Below, piece after piece: positions 1 to 7,617 of a stretch of 32,000 bases of DNA (positions are counted from its first letter, which is position 1; each line of letters opens with the position of its first letter). Location of the stretch: NCBI RefSeq assembly GCF_000429725.1, contig NZ_AUCK01000008.1:61122-93121 (forward strand), given 5' to 3'. Position numbers and translations under genes: made by a program. This stretch comes from Alkalicoccus chagannorensis DSM 18086. GTDB taxonomy: Bacteria > Bacillota > Bacilli > Bacillales > Salisediminibacteriaceae. The notes under the pieces were generated by a model that was not told the origin of the DNA, did not search any database, and saw only the letters and a program-made list of their open reading frames with translations.

Positions 1-581
1 ATAGGAATGTCCATGTCCTCCGCCTCCGGCCAGAGCGCTTCCATGTTATTTAAGAGAAAGGTGTTGTGCCCCGGTACGAAATGCGTTTCTTCGTCCTTGG
101 CAGTAATCCGTACCCGGAAAGTGGTGGCGAGATCATCCGCTGTCACTTGTTCTACGGCTACCGATGCCTGATCATTCTCCACCTTTTCATCGGCTGCCAG
201 CGCCTCGCCATCGTAGACGAGGCGTTCCTGTTTATCATAAGCGAACCCGAACGTATCAGCACTGAAATAATACATCTCGTCCCACAGCAGAAGGAAAACG
301 ATCAGCAGAGCAGCTGCTGTCAGCGAAACCCAGCTTCCAGCCGCCCGCCGCGGCGGCTTTGTTTCCGGAGCGCTCGTGCCATTGGCAGCGCTGCTGCTGA
401 CGGCTTCGGGTAAATCAATCGAAGGCGCCCGCTGTTTATCAAGCTGAAAAAGCTGGAGCTGCTGCAGCTCTTCTGCCGTTTCCCTGCAGGAGGCGCAGGT
501 GTGCAGGTGTTCCGTTACTTCCGGGTCCTCTGATTGTCCGTGATACTGGAGCAGATGACGTTCCGCGTCTCTGCAGAGCAT
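1..581 (-). CDS. Anti-sigma factor, zinc-binding ZAS (zf-HC2) type, single-pass membrane protein; the 3' end runs off the window
   Basis: It is absent from the ORF track because there is no stop in the window. I checked by hand that this minus-strand frame is stop-free from 581 down to 3. The N-terminus is MLCRDAERHLLQYHGQSEDPEVTEHLHTCASC, giving C3 plus H25-x3-C29-x2-C32 (ZAS motif). A TM helix WVSLTAAALLIVFLLLW follows. The ATG (581-579) overlaps the upstream TGA (583-581) by 1 nt, suggesting translational coupling. Confidence 0.6.
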   Translation of the reverse strand, partial: MLCRDAERHLLQYHGQSEDPEVTEHLHTCASCRETAEELQQLQLFQLDKQRAPSIDLPEAVSSSAANGTSAPETKPPRRAAGSWVSLTAAALLIVFLLLWDEMYYFSADTFGFAYDKQERLVYDGEALAADEKVENDQASVAVEQVTADDLATTFRVRITAKDEETHFVPGHNTFLLNNMEALWPEAEDMDIP

Positions 582-979
582 CAGGTGGACTTTCCGCCGA
601 AGCAGGTTTGTATGTATTTAACCGAGCGGATCAGTTCTTCTTCGAGCTGCTCTACATGGAGCCCTTCCGCCGCAGCAAGGTCCGCCGCAGCGACGTCGCC
701 GTAGCTGTAGGCAGCAAGCCTGCTTCTGGCCGGTTCATTGAGCACGTCCAGCTTTTGACGTTCGCCGTCCTCCGGCTGCTGATACCCGAGATGCCTGGCA
801 ATGCTCAAGCAGGCAGCGAGCCCTTCCTGAAGGCTCTGCGGGTCTCCTTTTTGATGCCACTGCCGGAGAAATGCCTCCGTTTTCTCCTCCAGTCCGTATG
901 CATAGATGATATTTTCTACTACGTGTTCCTGGTCTTTCAACCAGGATGCTGTCGACTGTTTTAATACCACATACATCAC
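581..979 (-). CDS. Short (132 aa) ECF-sigma-like protein, putative partner of the downstream ZAS anti-sigma factor
   Basis: The C-terminal stretch LNEPARSRLAAYSYGDVAAADLAAAEGLHVEQLEEELIRSVKYI follows the spacing of a sigma-70 region 4.2 HTH. DQEHVVENIIYAY weakly resembles region 2.1. The gene is coupled to an anti-sigma gene. An SD-like GGGAG lies just upstream, and the true start may be 979, 976 or the GTG at 970. It is shorter than canonical ECF sigmas, so the call is tentative. Confidence 0.35.
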   Translation of the reverse strand: MMYVVLKQSTASWLKDQEHVVENIIYAYGLEEKTEAFLRQWHQKGDPQSLQEGLAACLSIARHLGYQQPEDGERQKLDVLNEPARSRLAAYSYGDVAAADLAAAEGLHVEQLEEELIRSVKYIQTCFGGKST

Positions 980-1074
980 TCCCTGATTCTTATGATATCA
1001 TAGAAAAGAAGCGTATTGGCACTTGATTTCCATGTACAGGAAATGACGACATGGTCACAGAAAGGAAGAAAGAT

Positions 1075-1551
1075 ATGAGCTATTTTCAGAAAATGAGAGA
1101 GAAGGTGGGCAAGGAAACGCTGCTGCTGCCGGGTGCTGCGGTGATTATTTATACACCGGACGAGCACGTGCTCCTGCAGCGGCGGGAAGAAGGAACATGG
1201 GGACTGCCCGGCGGCCTGATGGAACCGGGGGAGTCTTTCCGGGAGACGGTCAAACGTGAAACGGAAGAAGAGACCGGGCTGAAGCTTCCCGAGGACGACC
1301 TGCATATGTTCGGCACGTTCACCGGGGAACGTTATTATGTAGAAGCGCCGAACGGCGATCCTTACTATGCGGTCTCCGCTGTCTATACCGCTCCTGTACC
1401 GGACCAGCCGCTGACAGAAGGGGATGAAGAGACGCTCGCACTGGCGTGGTTCCAGCTGTCAGATCTGCCGGAAGAACTGCGGGATTCGCATCGTCATTTC
1501 TTGGCGCAGTTCCAGCAGTACGGTGTGCAGAAAAACCTTCTGGACCAATAG
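1075..1551 (+). CDS. Nudix hydrolase
   Basis: The Nudix box GGLMEPGESFRETVKRETEEETGL fits GX5EX7REUXEEXGU. I prefer the ATG at 1075 (SD AAAGGAAG about 6 nt upstream) over the track start at 1051. Confidence 0.85.
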   Translation: MSYFQKMREKVGKETLLLPGAAVIIYTPDEHVLLQRREEGTWGLPGGLMEPGESFRETVKRETEEETGLKLPEDDLHMFGTFTGERYYVEAPNGDPYYAVSAVYTAPVPDQPLTEGDEETLALAWFQLSDLPEELRDSHRHFLAQFQQYGVQKNLLDQ

Positions 1552-1555
1552 AGAG

Positions 1556-1584
1556 TTGCTAACGGAAACAACCCATTGTAAAAT
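1556..1584 (+). promoter_or_regulatory. Sigma-A type promoter for the valS T-box leader
   Basis: TTGCTA (1556-1561), an exact 17-nt spacer, then TAAAAT (1579-1584), placed just upstream of the T-box leader. Confidence 0.5.
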
Positions 1585-1589
1585 AGAGA

Positions 1590-1840
1590 CGTAACAGCGG
1601 AGATGGGGAGGAGTAAATCGGAAATTCCGCCAGAGAGGGTGCCCGGCTTTATGCCGCTGAGAGGGGATCCCGGAAGGAACGGTTGAAGGTCGCCCCGGAG
1701 CTGCAGCGGTCACATAGAGCCGCTGCCGGAGATGCCCCGTTACGGCACATGAGTGCACAGCCCATCACGCTGTGAAACAAGGTGGTACCGCGGGAGACAA
1801 CCCTCTTCGTCCTTTATACAGGGAGAAGAGGGTTTTTTAT
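1590..1840 (+). promoter_or_regulatory. T-box riboswitch leader (tRNA-Val specifier likely GUC) controlling valS
   Basis: The conserved T-box sequence AAACAAGGTGGTACCGCGGGA lies at about 1775-1795. Stem I motifs are AGAGAG (1632-1637) and GCTGAGA (1656-1662). A GTC codon at 1689-1691 is followed by a purine and then CCCC (1693-1696), which can pair with GGGG (1605-1608), as expected for a specifier loop. A terminator overlaps the T-box 3' side. The downstream gene is valS. Confidence 0.85.
1798..1839 (+). terminator. T-box leader intrinsic terminator
   Basis: AACCCTCTTC ... GAAGAGGGTT stem followed by T6 (1833-1838), about 25 nt before the valS start. Confidence 0.8.
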
Positions 1841-1864
1841 ATGCTGAAAAAGGAGGAAGATCGA

Positions 1865-4507
1865 ATGAGCAGTCAACAAAACGTCACCATGCCATCCAAG
1901 TATGATCCACAGGCGACAGAAGCGAAATGGTACTCATATTGGGTGGAGAACAAATTTTTCGAAGCGGAAGGGGAAGGGGCGAAGACGCCTTACACCGTAG
2001 TGATTCCGCCGCCGAACGTCACCGGCCGGCTGCACCTAGGCCACGCCTGGGATACGACGCTGCAGGACATCCTCATCCGGACGAAGCGCATGCAGGGCTA
2101 TGATGCCCTCTGGCTGCCGGGAATGGACCATGCGGGCATTGCGACGCAGGCTAAAGTGGAAGGCAAGCTGAAGGAGGAGGGAATCTCCCGCCACGACCTC
2201 GGGCGCGAAGCGTTTCTTGAGAAGAGCTGGGAGTGGAAAGAGGAATATGCCTCGTTTATCCGCGATCAGTGGGCGAAGATGGGGCTCTCCCTCGACTATT
2301 CCCGTGAGCGGTTTACGCTCGACAGCGGCCTCTCGGATGCGGTGCGGGAAGTTTTCGTACGCATGTATGAAGAAGGGCTCATCTACCGCGGGGAGTACAT
2401 CATCAACTGGGATCCATCCACCCAGACGGCGCTGAGTGACATTGAAGTCGTCTACGAGGAAGTAAAAGGCGCCTTCTATCACATGCGCTATCCGATGGCG
2501 GACGGCGATGGGGCGATTGAGGTGGCGACGACCCGTCCGGAAACGATGCTCGGCGATACGGCTGTGGCGGTTCATCCGGACGACGACCGCTACCGCCACT
2601 TGATTGGCCGGACCGTCAAGCTTCCGATCGTCGGCAGAGAGATTCCTGTTGTAGCGGATGACTATGTCGACATGGACTTTGGCTCCGGAGCTGTCAAAAT
2701 CACGCCTGCGCATGATCCAAACGACTTCGAAATCGGAACGAGGCACGACCTGGAACGCGTCCTCGTCATGGATGAGTCCGGAACGATGAACAGCAGTGCC
2801 GCCCATTATGAGGGGATGGACCGGTTTGACTGCCGGAAAGCCATCGTCAAGGATCTGCAGGAGGAAGGCATCCTCTTTGATATCGAAGATCATGAGCACA
2901 GCGTCGGGCATTCGGAGCGAAGCGGAGCCGTCGTAGAACCGTACTTGTCGACGCAGTGGTTCGTCAAGATGGGTCCTCTTGCAGAACAGGCCATCGAGCT
3001 GCAGCAGCAGGAGAACAAAGTCCATTTCGTCCCGGACCGTTTTGAGAAAACCTACATGCACTGGATCGAGAATATCCGCGACTGGTGTATCTCCCGTCAG
3101 CTTTGGTGGGGACACCGCATTCCGGCATGGTATCATAAAGAGACCGGAGAGCTTTATGTCGGGCGCGGCGAACCGGAAGATCCCGAGAACTGGGAGCAGG
3201 ATGAAGACGTACTCGATACATGGTTCTCGTCGGCGCTGTGGCCGTTTTCGACCCTCGGCTGGCCGGAGGAAGAAGCGGAAGACTTCCAGCGCTATTACCC
3301 GACGGATGCACTCGTCACGGGATATGACATCATCTATTTCTGGGTAGCCCGCATGATTTTCCAGGGCAGACACTTCACCGAAGAGCGCCCGTTTAAAGAC
3401 GTCCTGATCCACGGTCTTGTTCGGGATGCGGAGGGCCGTAAAATGAGTAAATCGCTCGGCAACGGGGTAGATCCGATGGATGTCATCGACCGGTACGGAG
3501 CTGATGCGCTGCGGTTCTTCCTGAGCACCGGCACCACTCCCGGCAACGATCTCCGCTTCCACTGGGAAAAGGTCGAAGCGAACTGGAACTTCGGCAATAA
3601 GATCTGGAATGCGTCCCGCTTTGCCCTCATGAACATGGACGGCATCACGTATGAAGAGATTGATATCAGCGGACAGAAAACCATCGCCGACGAATGGATC
3701 CTCACACGTCTCGATGACACGATCGAACACGTCACCAAATACATCGACGCGTATGAATTCGGAGAGGTCGGCCGGGCGCTGTACAACTTCATCTGGGACG
3801 ACTTCTGTGACTGGTATATTGAAATGGCAAAGCTGCCGCTCAACGGAGAAGATGACGCAGCCAAGCATACGACGCGCTCGATTCTTGCGTACGTCCTGGA
3901 CCGCACGATGCGGCTGCTCCATCCATTCATGCCTTTCATTACAGAAGAAGTGTGGCAGCACCTGCCGCATGAAGGGGAAACCATCACCCGAGCACCGTGG
4001 CCGAAGCCGAGCGGGCAGGGAAGCCGGACATCCGTCGAAGACATGCAGCTGCTGCAGGAAATCATCCGCTCGGTGCGTAATACGAGAGCAGAGCTGAATG
4101 TACCGATGTCCCGAGAAATCACTCTGTTCCTCAATGCCGGCAGCAGCGCAGTCGAAGCCCAGCTGCTGCGCGGCCAGAGCTATCTGGATAAATTCTGTAA
4201 CCCATCCGAACTCCGGATCGGCACCGGACTGGAAGCGCCGGAAAAATCGATGAGTTCCGTCCTCTCCGGAGTGGAGCTGTACATGCCGCTGGAAGGACTG
4301 CTGGACCTTGATGCGGAAATCAAACGTCTCGAGGATGAAAAGAAACGCCTGGACGGAGAAGTGACCCGTGTACAGAAGAAACTGGCGAACGAAGGATTCA
4401 CCGCCAAGGCTCCCGCCCATGTCGTAGAAGAAGAACGGGAAAAAGAGCGGGATTATACCGAGCAGCGGGAGAAAGTATCAGCGAGATTGGAAGAACTGAA
4501 AAACTAA
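1865..4507 (+). CDS. valS: Valyl-tRNA synthetase
   Basis: Class I aaRS motifs are present: [13 protein letters not shown] (HIGH) and KMSKSLGN (KMSKS), plus a C-terminal coiled coil. The true start is the ATG at 1865 (MSSQQN) with AGGAGG 10 nt upstream. The track start at 1772 (GTG) lies inside the T-box. Confidence 0.97.
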   Translation: MSSQQNVTMPSKYDPQATEAKWYSYWVENKFFEAEGEGAKTPYTVVIPPPNVTGRLHLGHAWDTTLQDILIRTKRMQGYDALWLPGMDHAGIATQAKVEGKLKEEGISRHDLGREAFLEKSWEWKEEYASFIRDQWAKMGLSLDYSRERFTLDSGLSDAVREVFVRMYEEGLIYRGEYIINWDPSTQTALSDIEVVYEEVKGAFYHMRYPMADGDGAIEVATTRPETMLGDTAVAVHPDDDRYRHLIGRTVKLPIVGREIPVVADDYVDMDFGSGAVKITPAHDPNDFEIGTRHDLERVLVMDESGTMNSSAAHYEGMDRFDCRKAIVKDLQEEGILFDIEDHEHSVGHSERSGAVVEPYLSTQWFVKMGPLAEQAIELQQQENKVHFVPDRFEKTYMHWIENIRDWCISRQLWWGHRIPAWYHKETGELYVGRGEPEDPENWEQDEDVLDTWFSSALWPFSTLGWPEEEAEDFQRYYPTDALVTGYDIIYFWVARMIFQGRHFTEERPFKDVLIHGLVRDAEGRKMSKSLGNGVDPMDVIDRYGADALRFFLSTGTTPGNDLRFHWEKVEANWNFGNKIWNASRFALMNMDGITYEEIDISGQKTIADEWILTRLDDTIEHVTKYIDAYEFGEVGRALYNFIWDDFCDWYIEMAKLPLNGEDDAAKHTTRSILAYVLDRTMRLLHPFMPFITEEVWQHLPHEGETITRAPWPKPSGQGSRTSVEDMQLLQEIIRSVRNTRAELNVPMSREITLFLNAGSSAVEAQLLRGQSYLDKFCNPSELRIGTGLEAPEKSMSSVLSGVELYMPLEGLLDLDAEIKRLEDEKKRLDGEVTRVQKKLANEGFTAKAPAHVVEEEREKERDYTEQREKVSARLEELKN

Positions 4508-4518
4508 GGAGGCCCGCC

Positions 4519-5382
4519 ATGACAACGGTGGCATTTTACCGAGACCGATTTGTCGATATTCAGGAAGACGTCCTGCCGATAGAAGACAGGGGACATCAAT
4601 TCGGCGATGGCATATATGAGGTGATCCGTGTGTACAGCGGCGTCCCGTTTACGCTCGAAGAACATCTGGAGCGCCTCGAACGGAGTGCGGAAGCGATACG
4701 CATGCCGCTTCCGTATTCCATTGACGACATCCGTTCCCGAGCCCTGCAGGCATATGAAGATACGGGGCTGGAGGAAGCAGAAATCTACTTGCAGATCACC
4801 CGTGGTGCATGGACGAGACAGCATCATTTCCCGGAACCTGCGGCGCCGGTGCTGAGCATGGTAGCCGGACCTGCCCGGGAAGTGAGCAGCACCCTGCGGG
4901 CCTCCGGTGTGAAGGTGATCACGACAGAAGACATCCGCTGGAAGCGCTGCTGGATCAAATCCCTGAACCTGCTTCCGAACGTCATGGCGAAGCAGGAGGC
5001 GAAAGACCACGGAGCCCATGAAGCTGTTTTCGTCGATGGTGATGCGGTTACGGAAGGATCGAGCACGAATATTTTCAGAGTGAAAGACGGAGTGCTGGAA
5101 ACGCATCCGGCGACCGAGCGGATTCTTCATGGCATCACCCGCAGGATGGTACTGCAGGCGGCGGAACAGATCGGGCTGCCGTGCAGGGAACTGCCATTCA
5201 CGAAGCAGGAACTGCTGGAATCGGATGAGGCGTTTCTAACCTCGACGACGATGGAAGTGCTCGGCATCGACCAGATTGATGAGACGGCGCTGCCAGCAGC
5301 ACGTCCGATCACGGAGAAGCTGTTTCAGCAGTTTCAACAGATCAAGCACGAAACCCGAACGCAGGAAGGATCAACAGAATGA
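4519..5382 (+). CDS. dat: D-amino-acid (D-alanine) aminotransferase, fold type IV PLP enzyme
   Basis: EDRGHQFGDGIYEVIRVY, RWKRCWIKSLNLLPNVMAKQEA, VTEGSSTNIF and THPATERILHGITR match Bacillus Dat blocks as I remember them. AAGGAGG lies upstream, and the gene starts only 11 nt after the valS stop. Confidence 0.85.
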   Translation: MTTVAFYRDRFVDIQEDVLPIEDRGHQFGDGIYEVIRVYSGVPFTLEEHLERLERSAEAIRMPLPYSIDDIRSRALQAYEDTGLEEAEIYLQITRGAWTRQHHFPEPAAPVLSMVAGPAREVSSTLRASGVKVITTEDIRWKRCWIKSLNLLPNVMAKQEAKDHGAHEAVFVDGDAVTEGSSTNIFRVKDGVLETHPATERILHGITRRMVLQAAEQIGLPCRELPFTKQELLESDEAFLTSTTMEVLGIDQIDETALPAARPITEKLFQQFQQIKHETRTQEGSTE

Positions 5383-5410
5383 GGCCGTGACGAATCCGCC
5401 TGACATGAAC

Positions 5411-5460
5411 AAAAAACGCTTCCGATCATCCAGAATGGATCGTCGGAAGCGTTTCTTCTG
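5411..5460. terminator. Bidirectional intrinsic terminator after dat
   Basis: An A6 tract is followed by ACGCTTCCGATCATCC / GGATCGTCGGAAGCGT arms (10 bp + 2-nt bubble + 4 bp) and then TTTCTTCTG. Confidence 0.7.
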
Positions 5461-5762
5461 TCGATAGAAAAAGGCTCTAAAATAAATGTTGGGGGGAGAG
5501 GGGCCTTTCTGTTACGTTTGTTCATTCGTTTCCGGCGGACGCCTGCCAAGGGGCGTAGTCCTCCAGCGGCGCCGCCTTTCACACCTGAGAAGGTTTTTCC
5601 CTTTTAAGATGATCCTTCCTGCATTCGAGAAGCATCGGAGCGACCCTCGGTACATGAACCCCGACATGCGAATGAGAACCTGGAACAATCGAAACGGCTC
5701 CCAGGCGTCCTGTCTGACGTTCACCGCCGTGCGGGCAGCCCCGGACCTGTCGGCAGCTCGCT

Positions 5763-5786
5763 GGAAAAGACGCCCTCCCTGGGCGT
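5763..5786 (-). terminator. Weak terminator-like hairpin downstream of the ATP-grasp operon
   Basis: On the minus strand this reads ACGCCC-aggga-GGGCGT followed by CTTTTCC. A second 5-bp hairpin, CCCCG/CGGGG, lies at 5791-5806. Confidence 0.35.
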
Positions 5787-5822
5787 ACGTCCCCGTCAGA
5801 CCGGGGAAAGAACAGCGTAGCT

Positions 5823-6659
5823 CTAGGAGGAGAGGATGGTCTCCATTTCCCTGCGCACATAGGCCATCACAACAGCCGCAATGTTGATATCACTGCTGTC
5901 GTAGAGACTTCTGCATCCGACGGTATCCTCCATTTCATTGAACAGCAGCGTACCGTCCTCTGCCAGAAGAAAGTCGATACCGGCAAAATCGATCGGCAGC
6001 ATGGAGGTGACCGCCGTCACTTCTTCACGTTCTTTCCGGCTCAATGAATACAGGCGCGACGACGCACCTCCGGAAATATTCGCCTTGAAATTCGTAGCGG
6101 ACTCCCGAAGCACCGCCGCCTGAATCTCACCGCCGACAATATAGACGCGGACATCCCGTCCGCGCTGGCCGCCGACCGGCTGCAGAAGTACGTTCTCCTG
6201 CAGAGTGGAGTAGGCCAGCTGGTGCGCATGAGCGATCCACTCGACACCGGTGCCTCCGCGACCCATAGGATCTTTCGCAATAAACGGATAAGGAGGGTGG
6301 TTGTCCGGAACGGCCTGTCGATGCACCGCCCTGGATGGAAGCATCGGCAGGCCGAGCCGGCTGACACAGGCATGGCTGAGCCGTTTGTCATTCGCTATTC
6401 GGCTGAAACGGGCCCGGTTGAACACGCGGATGCCCTGCAGTTCTGCTGCTTCATTCAGCCAAGGCGTGGAGGTCCGCACCATGAGAAAATCCGGATAAAA
6501 CGTTCCCGGGCAGTGCAGACCCGAGACATCCAGAGAAAGGTCCTCGTACCGGACCACTGTCAGGCGGATCCCCTCCGACGCGGCTGCCTCCTGAAGAAGG
6601 TCGATAAAGGCTTGATTTCGTTGTTCGTCCTCTTTGTAATAAATAAGCCAGCCTCTCAT
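5823..6659 (-). CDS. RimK-family ATP-grasp ligase, paralog B (divergent metal-site motif)
   Basis: FIAKDPMGRGGTGVEWI (Lys plus Gly-rich loop), NFKANISGGASS (RimK-type F-K/R-x-N-x3-GG) and FAGIDFLL..LLFNEMED. The ATG overlaps the upstream stop in an ATGA (6656-6659). Confidence 0.8.
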   Translation of the reverse strand: MRGWLIYYKEDEQRNQAFIDLLQEAAASEGIRLTVVRYEDLSLDVSGLHCPGTFYPDFLMVRTSTPWLNEAAELQGIRVFNRARFSRIANDKRLSHACVSRLGLPMLPSRAVHRQAVPDNHPPYPFIAKDPMGRGGTGVEWIAHAHQLAYSTLQENVLLQPVGGQRGRDVRVYIVGGEIQAAVLRESATNFKANISGGASSRLYSLSRKEREEVTAVTSMLPIDFAGIDFLLAEDGTLLFNEMEDTVGCRSLYDSSDINIAAVVMAYVRREMETILSS

Positions 6660-7537
6660 TGCCGGATCGTCCTCCTTATCATGTAGTCGATCATGGCATC
6701 CTCCACGCGGATGCCGGTCGTCTCGTATGTACTCTTTATATGCGGATTCGCATTCACTTCGCAGACGAGTGGGACTCGGCCTGCAAACAGATCCACTCCG
6801 GCAAAATCAGCGCCGACCGCTGCCGCAGCGGCAATGGCCGTGTTTTTCTCCTCGGGTGTCGGTTCGTAAGGGACAGCCTTTCCGCCGGCAGTAATGTTTG
6901 CCCGGAAATCGGTGGATGAGGTACGCTTCATAGAGGCAGAAACCTGACCGCCGACGACGTTGAGGCGAAGGTCCGTACCAAGGCTGTCCGACACGGCTTC
7001 CTGGTACAGGTGGGGCACTTCCTGCAGATCTGCAGCTTTGAGCCGCAGTTCTTCAGAGGAGGCAATCCAGTACACCTGTTTTCCGAATGAACCATAGGCT
7101 TCTTTCACGATCATCGGAAAACCAAGGATGCGCTCCACTTCCTGTAAATAAGCATCATCCGTCCTGCCGACGCCTGCATATGCCATCGGAGCAAGAATGG
7201 TCTTCGGCTGGGGGATGCCGTGACGTGCAAACGCCTGATGCATTCTCCGTTTATTGTCACATAACGCGATGGCGGCCGCACTGTTGAACACAGGAATACC
7301 GAGCTGTTCGACCGCCTCGAGCAGCTCAATGTCTTTATCAAACGAGCAGAGGAAGTCAGGATGATGATCCAGCCCGACAACAGAACGGCTGCATCCGGGC
7401 GCTGCAGCGAGAGCATCGTTCGGCACCGCCGTCATATGTACCTTTTTCCGCCGGGCGGCTTCCTGGAGCAGCGCCACGTTGTCCATGAATTTCGGCGTCT
7501 GCAGGCCGCCATTATACAGCACGATTGCCTGAAGCAT
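6656..7537 (-). CDS. RimK-family ATP-grasp ligase, paralog A
   Basis: FPMIVKEAYGSFGKQVYWI, MKRTSSTDFRANITAGGKA and FAGVDLF..LVCEVNANP (D/E/N Mg site). I prefer the ATG at 7537 (MLQAIVLYNGG, parallel to the paralog B N-terminus) with AAAAGGGGGG 7 nt upstream. The track start at 7594 is an upstream extension. Confidence 0.8.
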   Translation of the reverse strand: MLQAIVLYNGGLQTPKFMDNVALLQEAARRKKVHMTAVPNDALAAAPGCSRSVVGLDHHPDFLCSFDKDIELLEAVEQLGIPVFNSAAAIALCDNKRRMHQAFARHGIPQPKTILAPMAYAGVGRTDDAYLQEVERILGFPMIVKEAYGSFGKQVYWIASSEELRLKAADLQEVPHLYQEAVSDSLGTDLRLNVVGGQVSASMKRTSSTDFRANITAGGKAVPYEPTPEEKNTAIAAAAAVGADFAGVDLFAGRVPLVCEVNANPHIKSTYETTGIRVEDAMIDYMIRRTIRQ

Positions 7538-7617
7538 CGGATGTCCCCCCTTTTCCATAAAGCATCTTCTGTATCTTGTCATGAACACGGACAAAAATCA
7601 AATGAGGAGGAACCTTT

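Noticed and set aside
66-413. A 115-aa plus-strand ORF at the window start
   Set aside because: It lies opposite the stop-free anti-sigma frame, which has a ZAS motif, a TM helix and coupling to the upstream gene. The plus-strand product has no features.
1772-1864. Track-defined upstream extensions of real genes: valS from 1772, pilT from 12892, maf from 19556, ATP-grasp A to 7594, permease from 29084 and Nudix from 1051
   Set aside because: The extensions cross a T-box or terminator, the preceding gene, or lack an RBS. Internal starts have good SD spacing and match family N-termini.
2036-4420. A 794-aa ORF antisense to valS, plus smaller nested ORFs at 2217-2435, 2964-3347, 3334-4134, 3651-4097 and 4180-4407
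   Set aside because: It lies entirely inside a very well-supported valS frame. Its translation is R/P/G/H-rich with no recognisable motifs or RBS. It is a typical stop-poor shadow frame of GC-rich coding DNA.
5486-5887. ORFs in the dat / ATP-grasp convergent spacer: 5486-5887 (+), 5512-5724 (-) and 5579-5860 (-)
   Set aside because: They are R/C/P-rich and overlap the ATP-grasp 3' end or each other. They have no RBS and are unlikely to be coding.
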